A stretch of 64,000 nucleotides of DNA, from assembly GCF_032062105.1 (NCBI RefSeq), contig NW_026933969.1:1-64000 (forward strand). The letters run 5' to 3'. Below, one piece after another: positions 26,641 to 39,491 of the stretch. The DNA comes from Saccostrea cucullata. Taxonomy: Eukaryota. The notes under the pieces are model-generated. The model searched no databases, was not told the origin of the DNA, and worked only from the letters and a program-made list of their open reading frames with translations. A program made the position numbers and the translations under genes. Position 1 is the stretch's first letter; each line of letters starts with the position of its first letter.

Positions 26641-27693
26641 ATGGACAAGCAACAGCAAAGGGTCTTTTTAACATTGGATGTAATATTTATGTGTTGGATT
26701 ATTGTTTTCAACATTTCATCAATTGTTGTCATTATACGAAAATCAAAATTGAGGAATCCCAAAAATTACCTGTTAATTTGCCTTGCTTTTTCGGACCTGT
26801 GTATTGGTGTGTTCGTGATACCAAATGTAGTGTTCTTATCGCTTCATAATTCTCCTGTGTCTGCCTTGGTTTGCCAAATGTGTATGTATTCCGAATTCAT
26901 GGCAAAGGTAGCCCATGCGTGTTCGATTGTTGCACTTGCAATAGACCGATTTATAGCAATACAGTTTCCTATGAAGTCAAAGCAACTTAGAACCCAGAGA
27001 AACTATATGTTTGTTGTTGGTGCTATAACCGTTTTCTCTCTCCTGTACGGCATTCGTGGGCCTACCCTTTACAGACAGACAGAAAAAGTCATCCCAAGCC
27101 AGAACAACGGTAACAACACAGTGGTGAAATACCTATGTAAAGTTACAGATGATGTAATTCCCATTCATTTAGGATTTTTGATTGTGGACTTTCTAGTGCT
27201 TTTTCTTCTTCCCGCCATTGTATTAATCATCTCAAATACTGCCGTATCCCGGACGTTAAGCAAGAAAGCAATAACAAGGACCGGAAAGATCCCTCCGCCA
27301 TTACTTGCCACAAGGAAGAAAGCCATGCGTCTTCTGCTTATTATGGTCGCCATCTTCATCATCCTGAACTTTCCACTATGGTATTATCGAATGGCAATGG
27401 ACATTTTTAAGCAGAATATCCCGAATTCCGCAATAGTGAAACACAGTTTTTTGCTTCTAGTTTTCTTTTATAACTGTTCTAATGTGTTCTTTTACGGGAT
27501 GCTGAATAGTGAGTTGCGCATGATGCTGTTTAAGATATTCAATGCGTGTGGACTCTGCCAAGACGTGGATATGTTAAGAAGGTCCAGCTTCATGAGTCAT
27601 TGCTCCTCCAGTAACACAAGTTTATACAACATTTCAAGAAGAAATACGAACTCTTCACTGCGACAGATGACAGTAATTGTTGAGAATACTTAA
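26641..27693 (+). CDS. Class A (rhodopsin-like) orphan GPCR, paralog 2 (350 aa, intronless CDS)
   Basis: Same architecture as paralog 1, with shared blocks (VIPNV.FL.LHNS.VS..CQ.C.Y.E.MA, H.GF..DF..LF..PA, IFI.LNFPL, NVFFY..LN). AATAAA at 28082. Confidence 0.9.
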   Translation: MDKQQQRVFLTLDVIFMCWIIVFNISSIVVIIRKSKLRNPKNYLLICLAFSDLCIGVFVIPNVVFLSLHNSPVSALVCQMCMYSEFMAKVAHACSIVALAIDRFIAIQFPMKSKQLRTQRNYMFVVGAITVFSLLYGIRGPTLYRQTEKVIPSQNNGNNTVVKYLCKVTDDVIPIHLGFLIVDFLVLFLLPAIVLIISNTAVSRTLSKKAITRTGKIPPPLLATRKKAMRLLLIMVAIFIILNFPLWYYRMAMDIFKQNIPNSAIVKHSFLLLVFFYNCSNVFFYGMLNSELRMMLFKIFNACGLCQDVDMLRRSSFMSHCSSSNTSLYNISRRNTNSSLRQMTVIVENT

Positions 27694-29450
27694 CTAATAC
27701 ATGTCTTTGAAAGAAACCTTCATTTCATTATTAAACTTGTAAAATTTAAAATGCGTTTTGACTTGTGACCTTACATTTTATCCAAGAATGAAAACTACAT
27801 TCTACGTGTAGATCCATTTTGAGCAAATTGATTGTGACGACGTGTTCAATTCCTGCAATACCGCAACGTGAACAAATTTAACACCTCAATTAATAAGAAA
27901 CAAAAAATAAAACTATGCATCCACTTCATTATATTTCAGAAATGTACACACTAGTCCATCATGCTTTCCCTACCAATGCAGTCGCATTGACAAAAGAACG
28001 GAAAGATACACTTACAAGTCATGTATTTGTACAATGGATGTAAAGGGAGTTAACGCGATAAGATATAATTATACATCTCATAATAAAAGCTTTATTATTG
28101 ATTGTCCAATTGTCATCTTATTTCCTAATTACAGCATTAAAATTCATAACAAAAAATTAAGTAAATTTTAATATATTCTATATTTGATGAAATATAAGTG
28201 TGAATGGATGTCAATTCAACAAAGAAAATTTATAATGTTTCCCAGAAATTGTTGAGAATTTTTTGATACATTTACATGTCTATCCTAAAATGTTGAATTA
28301 ATAACGTATAATTTAACATCTGTGACTGCTGATGTTCAAATATTACTATCAAAAAGGAACCCTATTTTAAAAGTATTTGCAGACTGTTTAGCCAGTGATA
28401 TTTCTAAAACTGGGTATATTTCGCCGTCTACTTTGTATTTCTTGCTAGAAAATATTTTAAAAAGAAGAGGAATTAAGGTAAAGAAAAGAGTTGTAGAGCT
28501 AGAGTAAACTCAAAAATCACATATCAAAGAAGGATAGGACATTTGCTCATTAGAAACTGCATTTGGTTTAGAAAATGAGTTTCACTCCTATTGTAGCCCT
28601 ACTCTGTCTTTCTCTCTGCTGAATTCCTATCCATTTTTCAATATTTTGACATACATGAATCGATAATAGACAATTAATGAAATATCATGTTTCAGAGGCA
28701 TCCCTGCTTTTGTACTTCTTTGATAATAAATATCTATAATATGGTTTCTTTTTTAAAAGCACTCATTTTGAACATTAGCAATCGACTGGAAGAATGCAAA
28801 GGAAATGGTAAATTATTCGTGTAAACTGCATTGTACATGTAGCTGTGTCATTTGATAAAATAAATCACACATCATTTAGTGTGAAAAAAAATTCTGTGCA
28901 ATATTTTAAATGATTGTATTAAACAATGTTAAATGAATTGTATAAAAAGCATGGAACTAAAGCATTAAAAAAAAATTTCAAACTATTAATATTCCAATTT
29001 TTTTTAATATTTAAAAATCCAAAAAATATTCTCAATAATTTCTGGGAACACTATAATTAAAATCAGTAACAAAGCTTTGAAAAGATTAACATGTATATTT
29101 ATACAACATTTATACATGTACATATTGATCACATAGTTTATCTGAGAAACTGACAATCTCTTTTTATTTAATTCATTCTTATAAATCACCATCTCACATA
29201 CATGTATCATCAACAATGATATTGTTACTGATAAAACCTTGTCATAGTATTTTTCATCTGAAGAAAAGGGGTACATGTGTGTGAAAATGCAAGCCATTTA
29301 AAATGCAAAAAACAAAATTATCTTACGTGTACATGTATATCATATTTTACAGAAGAAAACAAGCCAAATAATACTGTATTTTGTAATTGTAAAGCAATGT
29401 TACATGCATTTATGTTATTTTTATAACACAGACACACAAGTAGTCTAACA

Positions 29451-30843
29451 AAACAAGAGGCCCAGGGGCCACATCGCTCACCTGAACAATTGGCTGGGAA
29501 AAACACATATCAGATCAGAACTGAAAGTTTACTGGGGGGAGGGAGGCTTGAATTTTAACCCCCCAGGGGGTCATGATTTGAACAAACTAGAATCTACAAT
29601 ACCTGAGGATGATTCCCTATAAATATCACTAAGCATGGCTTTGAAGTACTTGAAAAGAAGATTTTAAAAGGTTTTCCTATATATTACTACATGTATTTAA
29701 ACTTTTATTGGCCAATTGGCCCCACCCTACCCCAGGGGATCATGAATTGAAGAAACTTGAATCTACACTACCTGGGGATGATTCTACAAGAGTTTCATCT
29801 TTCCTGTCTCAATGGTTCTTGAGAAGAAGATTTTTCCTATATATTCCTATATAAAACTTTGATCGGCCATTTTGGCCCCACCGTACCCCCGGAGGTCATG
29901 ATTTGAACAAACTTGAATCTACACTACCTGAGTATGATTCCATATGAGTTTCATCTTTCCTGGCCCAGTGGTTCTTGAGAAGATTTTAAAGATTTTTCCT
30001 AATATATTCCTATGTAAAACTTTGATCGACCATTTTTCCCCCACCCTATCCCCGGGAGTCATGATTTGAACAAACTTGAATTTACACTACCTGAAGATGA
30101 TTCCACATGAGTTTCATCTTTCCTGGCCCAGTGGTTCTTGAGAGGAAGATTTTAAAGATTTTTCCTAATATATTCCTATGTAAAACTTTGATCGACTGTG
30201 GTTCCTTCCTACCCAGGCGATCATGATTTTGAACAAACTTGAATTTACACTACCTGTGGATGTTTTCACATGACTTTCATCTTTCCTGGCCCAGTGGTTC
30301 TTGAGAAGAAGATTTTTAAAGATTTTTCCTATATATTCCTATGTAAAACTTTGATCGACCATTTTTCCCCACCCTACCCCCGGGGGTTATGATTTGAACA
30401 AACTTGAATTACACTACCTGAAGATCATTCTACATGAGTTTCATCTTTCCTGGGCCAGTGGTTCTTGAGGAGAAGATTTTTAAAGATTTTTCCTATATAT
30501 TCCTATGTAAAGCTTTGATCGACCATTTTGGCCCCACCCTACCCCCAGAGGTTATGATTTGAACAAACTTGAATATACACTACCTGAAGATCATTCTACA
30601 TGAGTTTCATCTTTCCTGGGCCAGTTGTTCTTGAGGAGAAGATTTTTAAAGATTTTTCCTATATATTTCTATGTAAAACTTTGATCGGCCATTAAGGCCC
30701 CACCTACCCTCGGGGGTCATGGTTTGAACAAACTTGAATCTACACTACCTGAAGATGATTCCACATGAGTTTCATCTTTCCTGGCCCAGTGGTTCTTGAG
30801 AACAAGATTTTTTAATAATGCCATTAATTTTTCTCTAATTCAT

Positions 30844-30889
<46 letters not shown>

Positions 30890-30915
30890 ATGAATCCCCT
30901 TTACCCAAGGATACT

Positions 30916-30955
<40 letters not shown>

Positions 30956-31006
30956 GAAGAAGATGAAAATGTAAAATGTTTACGACGACAACGACAACGA
31001 AGACAG

Positions 31007-31067
<61 letters not shown>
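29451..31067 (-). mobile_element. Helentron-like element with ~165-bp central satellite (same family as 7874-9321)
   Basis: Same terminal boxes in reverse orientation; about 8 central units. Confidence 0.85.
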
Positions 31068-32116
31068 TCTGTTGTACTTGAATATTGACATTCAATATGT
31101 GTGACCAAGATAAAATAAAAAGACATGAAGGTTTAAGAATAGTTAAGTACATTTTCAAGTAAAGAACACATCAACATTCAAAAAATAGATTAAGTTTTAA
31201 AATTTAAAACATTGAAAAAAGTGTATGAGTACATATGGTACATGAAAAAATCATCATTCAGTTGGTTCACATAGTTACATGTATCACTTAATAAAAATTC
31301 TAGAGGAAAATAAAGGCACATTTTCATTATTATGTGTGTGTGTCTGCTTTGTAAATTATACTTTTCATGTACGATATTCAAATACTGATAGCATGTTACA
31401 AATATGGATAAAATAAAAAAAAAACATGTAGTAGTTATTCATGCTTACATATGATAAAAATTTGGCATAGCTTTAACTTGACAAACCACAGCCTATTAAT
31501 CCTCTAATGTAAGACTTCAACTCTATGACAAGTATTGCTACAAATAAGCACCAAAAAATTTCATTAATAGATTAAATAAATTTCATATTCTATCAAACCG
31601 GGCATCAATGCTATCAAATTTATCAATATTTTTCAATACTTCATACAGTACATGGATTAAAGTAGCTTAATTTTTTTTTAAAAAGTAAAAAAGAAATGAA
31701 GTTAAGTTCCTTTAAATACCTCAATCAAGATGATTTTAAATATTGATAAAACCAAATTAAACTTTAATTCTTTTGATTTTATATCATTATGGAAAATAGA
31801 TAAGCAGAGATCATGTTCTGGGCCATAAAACTTAAATGAGCTCACTTTTGATATCCGTCTCACTTTTACCAATGGAATTAGTAGTAGAAAAGAGAGACTG
31901 AGAGCAAAAGTGAGCTCATTTGACTTTTTATGGACCCTGAACCATATCAATATGCGAGTTTCGAGACTGTAACTCTCTTACAACAGAGACGCAAAAAGTA
32001 TCCAAATCAGCATGGAATTGGGACGGGTTGCTGTGTATACAAACGTGCATAAATAAATGAAAGAGTTTTTGGCTTTTAAAATTCATATAATGTTATAAAA
32101 AAGATAATAACAGTAA

Positions 32117-32593
32117 GGCCCCAAAAAATTAATCAATTGTTTCTCAGGCACCGCCGCATCAGTTCAAAAACGGCCGCATTGATCAATTTTATTGACATAT
32201 TGAAAAGGGAAATAACCCAATTTTCTAATTTTCCAAGTTGAAAAAGAAAATCGAGTTATTGCCCTTTTCATAAATGCTAAGATAGACGTTTATATTAGAA
32301 AAACAATGTCTTTCTTCTAAATCTACAGTATTTTATAAGTTAACTTTTAAATAAATGTTTGGAATAACATTATTTAAAGTTGAATACATACTATAACTAA
32401 TTTCAGAGAATAAAACTTAAAAATTACTTCAATTAGTAGATATTATCATTTTATGAGAACAAATGACTTTTAAAAAAGGTGTAGACTAAATCCTGCTTCA
32501 AAAAAAAAAAAAAAAAAAAAAAAAAAAGCCTGCCTGCCGCATTGAATTTAGATTTTTTTGGCCTGAGAAACAATTGATTAATTTTTTTTGGCC
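32117..32593. mobile_element. PIF/Harbinger-type MITE (TAA TSD)
   Basis: taa|ggccccaaaaaattaatcaattgtttctcaggc ... gcctgagaaacaattgattaattttttttggcc|taa. Confidence 0.85.
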
Positions 32594-33689
32594 TAATGCA
32601 TTTTAAGATTTCATTAAGCTCAACTATGCATATTTAATTTACATATCTACTTTCAATTAGGATATTTGAAAACTTGTAGTCTTTATAAAAAAATAAAAGA
32701 TTTCCTTCATTATGCAAACCTTTGCTAAAAAATTAGCGGGCTCCTTGAAGTTATAGTAAGGGAAAGAATCATTCAGATAGCTGACATTCAATGTCAGATC
32801 AGATATATATGTATTTCCTAGAGACCCATATCTCTTTCCTCGTCTGAAAAGTCTTACTTTGATTGATATTTCCTTTTGTTACAATTGTTTTGTTTAAAAA
32901 AAATTACGTCCTTTCATCAGTTTGGTTCTTTTTGAGTTGAAGAGTACATCCTGACAATCATGTACATGTAGTTATGATAAACCAGTATATCAATGATGCA
33001 ATGTGTTTAATATAACTAAGTGTCCCACCTGTCTGTTAATGCAGCAACAAAACTCCCCTCCTCAATGAAAGAGTGCAGAAAGGGAGATAATCTCGAAACT
33101 TGCGTATTGCTCCAAATGATCATTTTTTTAGCAATTTCTGATTAAGTTGATGTGTTCTTTCTTATTCGATATATACCAGTGCTTAAAGCGCAATAGTGAT
33201 AATGGTTTTAAACAATAAAGATATATTTACATAAAGCTGCCCTCCATATTTGAGCCAACAGTAGATGTCCCATTTAAAAGATAGATAATAGATAATACAT
33301 GCATTGTGATAAAACAATATACTAGGCACTTACATAGTCAAAAGCTTTCTAGAATTGTTATGCTCGGTATATGTTTTATCTATGGGCATTTCTGCTTTCT
33401 GAGAGCACCACGATCAGCACACATCATGAAATGGTTACCATAGATCCGTCCAATGGATATTGCAACTGCTTTATGGTTATGGGAATAAAGCTGCCAAGCT
33501 ATTCACACTCTTTAGCAGTCTGTTGCAGGAGCATGTATGCCTTGAATGGGACAAGTGACCATGGCCCTGATTTTTTCTGCGGTCAAGCGGGGCGCTGTTT
33601 GCAGGGACAGCCAGCGAGGGACTGGGATGCTAGTCTGAGTATTTAACAGTTTTATTTCAATCAAGACAGTTGAATGATAATTTTGAATG

Positions 33690-36600
33690 TTAACCTTTCT
33701 GATCAAACCCATCAGTTCCATCCGGACCACGTGGTTGTCTCAAAATAGCCACAGTACAGTTATTATTCACGTTAAGTCTTCCATCTTCTAGCTGCATCAG
33801 CCTCGGTGGTCTGGAATTAAAAAATAAAATATTTCAAAAAGCAAGGTTCTTAAGAGTCTTACTGGCAAGTGCTGTCTATATAAACAATAACAAGATTCCA
33901 TGGCCACAGTGCTCACATGGATTATCTTGGCCCTGTTATTCTGCTTCAGATTTTTTTCAAATTAACATGTACAGCTGCATTGCTGTGAAAAAAGTTTGAT
34001 TTCTTGTTAGAATATACCTATAAAATTCACTGCTTTCTAGTCCCTCACTTCTTATAATTCCCCAAGTTTCTTCATGTTGGCATCATAAACTGCATCAATG
34101 TCCCGTATTCATGAAAACTCCTTCAAACTTTCATAGCCAAGGACTTTTTTTATATCTTTGCCATTAGGAAACAAACTAACTTTGGTGACCCACTCTCTAC
34201 TGACCTGTTATTAGTCACTGTGACTTCCTCTTTCACTTCTGTTGATGAAGTTGAGCCTAAGATTCTTCTTCTTGCTTCAGCATACTCTGCTTCTCTTTGT
34301 TCCAAAGTCTTTGTAGGTTTGTTATTTGCTCTGCAAATTCAATGAACTCAATATTGAAAATCATTTCAATAAACAGAACATGTAAATACTGATGTACAGG
34401 TACATATGCACCTAAATGAACAAAGGTCGCTTTCCCATGTTTACAATGCATAAACAAATATTACATGTATTCCAAAATTCCAAAGTAGCATAGACTGTTG
34501 GAGAGATAAGACGTGTTTTTATGAGCTCTTATCAATACCTAGCTGATTACTAAAAATTGATAATGGAATAATGGATCTGAGTGGAAGTTCTAGTATTTTT
34601 AAATCATTTTTGAACTCATTTAGTGGATTTTCACAATCTTTTAATGGAAATGATAATGAATTGGACTTAAACCCATCGGCGAATTTACCAGACTTTATTC
34701 AGGTTAAGCTTAACACAGAAAGTGTCACCGTAAACTACGATGACCAGAAGCATGAATTTGTGTTATCCGTGCTTCAGAAATTGCTTTCATTTCATGGGAA
34801 TAATAAGAGGAATGGATGCATTTACAAATCTGTGTGTGATACAGTTACTGTAACTATCTACAGTAGCACACATACCATTCTCATTCAAGGGACTAGAGCG
34901 TTTGAATGGTACAGGAACGACTTTCTGAAAGAAATAAATTGTCAACCAGATATAACCCACAATGACTCTGAAACGGAGTGCAAAATTATTGTTGACCAGC
35001 CGAACTGTACCTCGACCCCACGGCCCTCTAAGAAACTGAATGAATCAAATATTGCGACAGGATGCGGTGGCCATTGTAAGAGTGCAGAAAGCATAAAACA
35101 TCTTTCCGAGACAGTGAAAATGCTCACCAAAGAAGTTGAAATCCTGAAGAAGCAGCTAATGGAAGCAGAACAAGCCAAGCCGCATTCTAATACTTCTACA
35201 CAAACTTGTGGGAAAAAAGTGAAGCAGAAGGAAACTATGACTGAGGGACTCTCTGTAACAAATGGGATTTCAAGGCATACCCAGTGTACAATTACTGTTG
35301 AGAAAAGAACCTCCAGTACCTCAACAGATGCAGATGTCAGTCCCAGTCCTGTGTTGAAAAACACCCAGTCCATCAAGAAAGTGACAAATAAAAAGACAGA
35401 TGCACACATCTCCAAAGAGAGTCAAAATATATCGACCTCTAACAGACAAAACATCATCACAAGAAATTCTCAGCCTCCTGCAAGAGAATATAACGAAATA
35501 CCGGTATCTACACTTGTCATCGGGAGTTCAATTCTTCAAAGAATAAAAACCCGTGGCTTAGATCAAAGTGTGAGAGTAAGTACAAATCGAGGTGCCAGTA
35601 TTGCACACATTCGTTCAAAACTACAAAAGTTTGATGTGTCCTCAATCCAAAATGTTATTATTCAGGCTGGAGGAAATGATATTGCAAATTTCCGTAACAT
35701 TGATGCGATTGAGAACGACTTTGCAGAAATAGTTGCTGATTTAAAAAGAAGAAATCCTAACATTGCAGTGTATCTATCGGAAGTGATTCCAAGACGGGAT
35801 GCAGATGTAACCGAAGTGAATAAGTGCATTAGATATGTTTGTGAGGAGTACGGTGCTGTGTTAATCGAATCGAATAAGTCATTCAAACACTGGAATTCCC
35901 CTTCTTTTTGGAGAGATGGCATTCATTTGTCCGACCGTGGCACTGCTTCGCTTCTCAAGCTCTACAGTACTCATGTGAAAATTCTAAAACATCAAAATTC
36001 CTCAACTGTGCAGAACTGCTACTACTGTGGAGAGCAAGGTCATTCTTCGCGCAACTGCCGACACGGTAACAAAGTAACTTGCTGGTACTGTGGTGAACAT
36101 GGCCACAAGCAGAAATTTTGCACAAAGTAGGATCGCGGCAAAGAAAGCTGTGCCGATTATACGAATTACTGTCCGATTATTAACAATGTCAAAAATTATT
36201 TTCACCCTTTGATTAATGTCTGTTTTGATTGTAATGAATCAATTTGCACCTGTCTTTTGTTCAATGATAACTCAAGTAATTATAGCTTAAAATCTGTAAA
36301 TTCAGATCTATGTAAATCTAAACAGAAAATCCTTTTGAACCAAAATCAAAGAAAACTTTACAATTCCTCTCCAACAACAGACACTCCAAAAAATCATAAC
36401 AAACAAAATGTGTGTGATTCAAAAGTTGGCCTTTTAAAAAAAGGTCTACATTTTGTAAATTTAAATGTTTGTCACATTTTACCGAAGTTAGATGAATTAA
36501 TTTTATTTTTACAGGATCAACAAAATGTTGACATTTTTTCTCTATGTGAAACTTTTCTTGACGAAAATATTAGTGATTGTATTATAAATGTAAATGGATA

Positions 36601-39491
36601 TACTTTTGAAAGAAAAGATAGAAAAGGAAAGGCGGGTGGTGGACTAGTTACATATATTTCAAATGATTTGAAATATAAACGGCGAACTGATTTAGAAATT
36701 AGTAATTTAGAAACATTGTGGCTTGAAATTAATCTTAAGAATTCTAAACCTATACTTTATTGTTCAGTTTACCGTCCACCATCTGCCCCCTCCTGCTGGG
36801 TAGACGATTTTGTTAGAGAGGTTCAGTGCGCTACCTGCTGTGACGATCAGGAAGTGATTATTACAGGTGATTTCAATATAGATATGCTCAAAGACCCCCC
36901 GCAGAGTTGGTCATCTGCAATTGTAGATTTGGGATTAACACAATTAATTAACACCCCAACAAGAATTACCAATAGCTCTAAAACTCTCATTGACCATTTC
37001 TACACTACGCACCCTGCTAACATATGTGAAATATCAGTACCCCCTGTAGCAATGTCTGACCATTATCCAATATGTGCTACCCGAAGATCTAACAGCATGC
37101 AACGCAAAGGCAGACACACTGAAATACAATACCGTGACTTTAAAACCTTTAATGAACATGATTTTTTGCATGATTTAAATAATGCAAATTTTGATGAATT
37201 AATTCTCCTGCATGATCCTGATGAAATTTTAACATATTTTTATGCAATTTTCAATTCTGTACTTAATAAGCATGCGAAAGTTAAAACAAAGCGTGTGAAA
37301 TCAGAAATTCGCACTAAATGGTTAACTCCAGAAATAAATGAGGCTAGGATTAAAAGAGATCAATTCCATAAACAGGGAGACATGGGCAATTTTAGATTTT
37401 GGAGAAACAAGGTCACCTCTCTAATTAATGATGCAAAATCTACATATTATAAGACAGTAATTGAAAATAGTTCTACATCAAAAGAAATGTGGGGTCATTT
37501 AAATCAGCTTTCCTCAAAATCAGATAAATATTCATCCCCTTCCAATATAACTTATAATGGATTAGAATTTGATAATTTAAAAGACATTTCAAATGCTTTT
37601 AATGAGCATTTTGCACATATTCCAAGAAAATTGTTAAATAATCTTTCATTGACTAGTTTTGATTCAGAAAAATTGAAAAGATACACGGAAACAAAACTTG
37701 GAGATCAAGACTTTTTTGAAATTCCATTGATTAATGAAACAAAAGTATTTGATATGTTAAATAGGCTTGACATAAACAAATCTGCTGGCATAGACTTTCT
37801 TGGACCCAGATTACTTAAAATTTCAGCTAGTGTAATATCCAAACCTCTAACACACTTAATAAATTCCAGCATAATCAAGGGGTCCTTTCCTTCACAGTTA
37901 AAAATAGCAAAAGTAACTCCTCTATTTAAAAAGGGTGATAAATCAGACCCAGGAAATTATAGACCAATCTCAATCTTACCAACTATTTCGAAAGTCTTAG
38001 AGAAGCATGTAGCAGAAAATATACGAATCTTTACTTCTCACTATGATTTATTAATGAAAGCACAATCTGGATTTAGAGAATTTCACTCTTGCCAGACAGC
38101 TCTCACAAAACTAACTGATAATTGGCTACATGCAATAGATGAAGGAAATTTCGTTGGCATTACTTATTTGGATTTTAGCAAAGCATTTGATCTCGTAAAT
38201 CATGATATACTTATTACTAAACTTAAATGCTACAACTTTGATCCTATATCGATTCAATGGTTTGAATCATACTTAAATGATCGAACGCAGAGTGTTAAAA
38301 TTGGTGCGTACACATCTGAATCACTGCCTGTCACAGCAGGTGTGCCACAGGGATCTATTTTAGGTCCCTTGTTATTCCTGTTATATATTGCTGATTTACC
38401 ATTATCTGTTGAACATTGTAATATTGATATGTTTGCTGATGACACTACAATGCATTTTCATGGTAACAATATTTCATATATTGAAGCAGCTCTGAATCAA
38501 GACCTTTTTCAAATACAAAACTGGTGTCAACAAAATCAGATGATTTTGAATACGGACAAAACTAAGAGTATGTTAATGGGAACACATCAAAAGAAATCAA
38601 AATTAGAAAACGCTAATCTTCATTTACAACTTTCTGGCCAACCCCTTGAAAATGTTACAACAGAGAAATTATTAGGTGTTCACATTGATCATAATCTTCA
38701 ATTTACTAGTCATGTAGATGCAGTTTGCAAAACTCTTGCTTATAAATTATTTACTCTACGAAAAATTAAGAAGTTCCTTCCATTGCATACTAGAAAGCTA
38801 TTTTATAACGCATTTATTTTACCATCAATTTTATATTGTCTATCTATTTGGGGTAACTCTCCTCAAACTCACATCGATAGAATATACAAACTTCAAAAAC
38901 GAGCAGCTAGGATTATTTTAAATGAAAAATACGATGCACCTTCAATGCCCTTGTTTAACATATTAGGCTGGTTAACAGTTCATGAACTTCTATATTTACA
39001 GAAAAGCATTCTGATGTTCAAAACATTCCATGGTATGTCTCCTGATTATATGCATGATTTGTTTGAATTTCAAAGTTGTGGATCATACACGCTACGCTCA
39101 CAGACAAATTCAGAACTTCGTTTACCAAAATTTAAAACTAATTTATTTAAAAATTCTTTGCAATATTCAGGGGTTATTATATGGAATGAGTTGCCTATTA
39201 GTATAAGGAATTCCCAATCCCTTTCAATATTTAAAAGTAGGGTAGAACATTTTTTACTTATGAAACGTTCTTCATGAAAAAAAAAAAAAAAAAAAAATTT
39301 TCATTCCTCTGAACTTATAATGAAACGAAAGTGTTTAATTTATTCTAGTGTAACATAATGTGTGTTTATATCTTATTGTTCCATGTTTGTGATTATTGTC
39401 TTTATTATTGTATAAAACATTGTATATGTGTTTTTAAGAAGGCCCCGAGGAAGACTAGTGCTCGCACTAATCGGATTACCTTCTATAAATA

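Noticed and set aside
19957-27693. GPCRs as opsins
   Set aside because: Position 7.43 is Phe in both, so there is no retinal-binding Lys.
34942-36205. Antisense ORFs over LINE ORF1 (also over the GPCRs, hAT and GT31 gene)
   Set aside because: Shadow frames of real CDSs with no independent motifs.
36186-36212. ATG at 36186 as the ORF2 start
   Set aside because: It is in a different frame and stops after 8 codons (MSKIIFTL*). It could only matter as a small inter-ORF uORF or through a frameshift, for which I see no clear slippery site.
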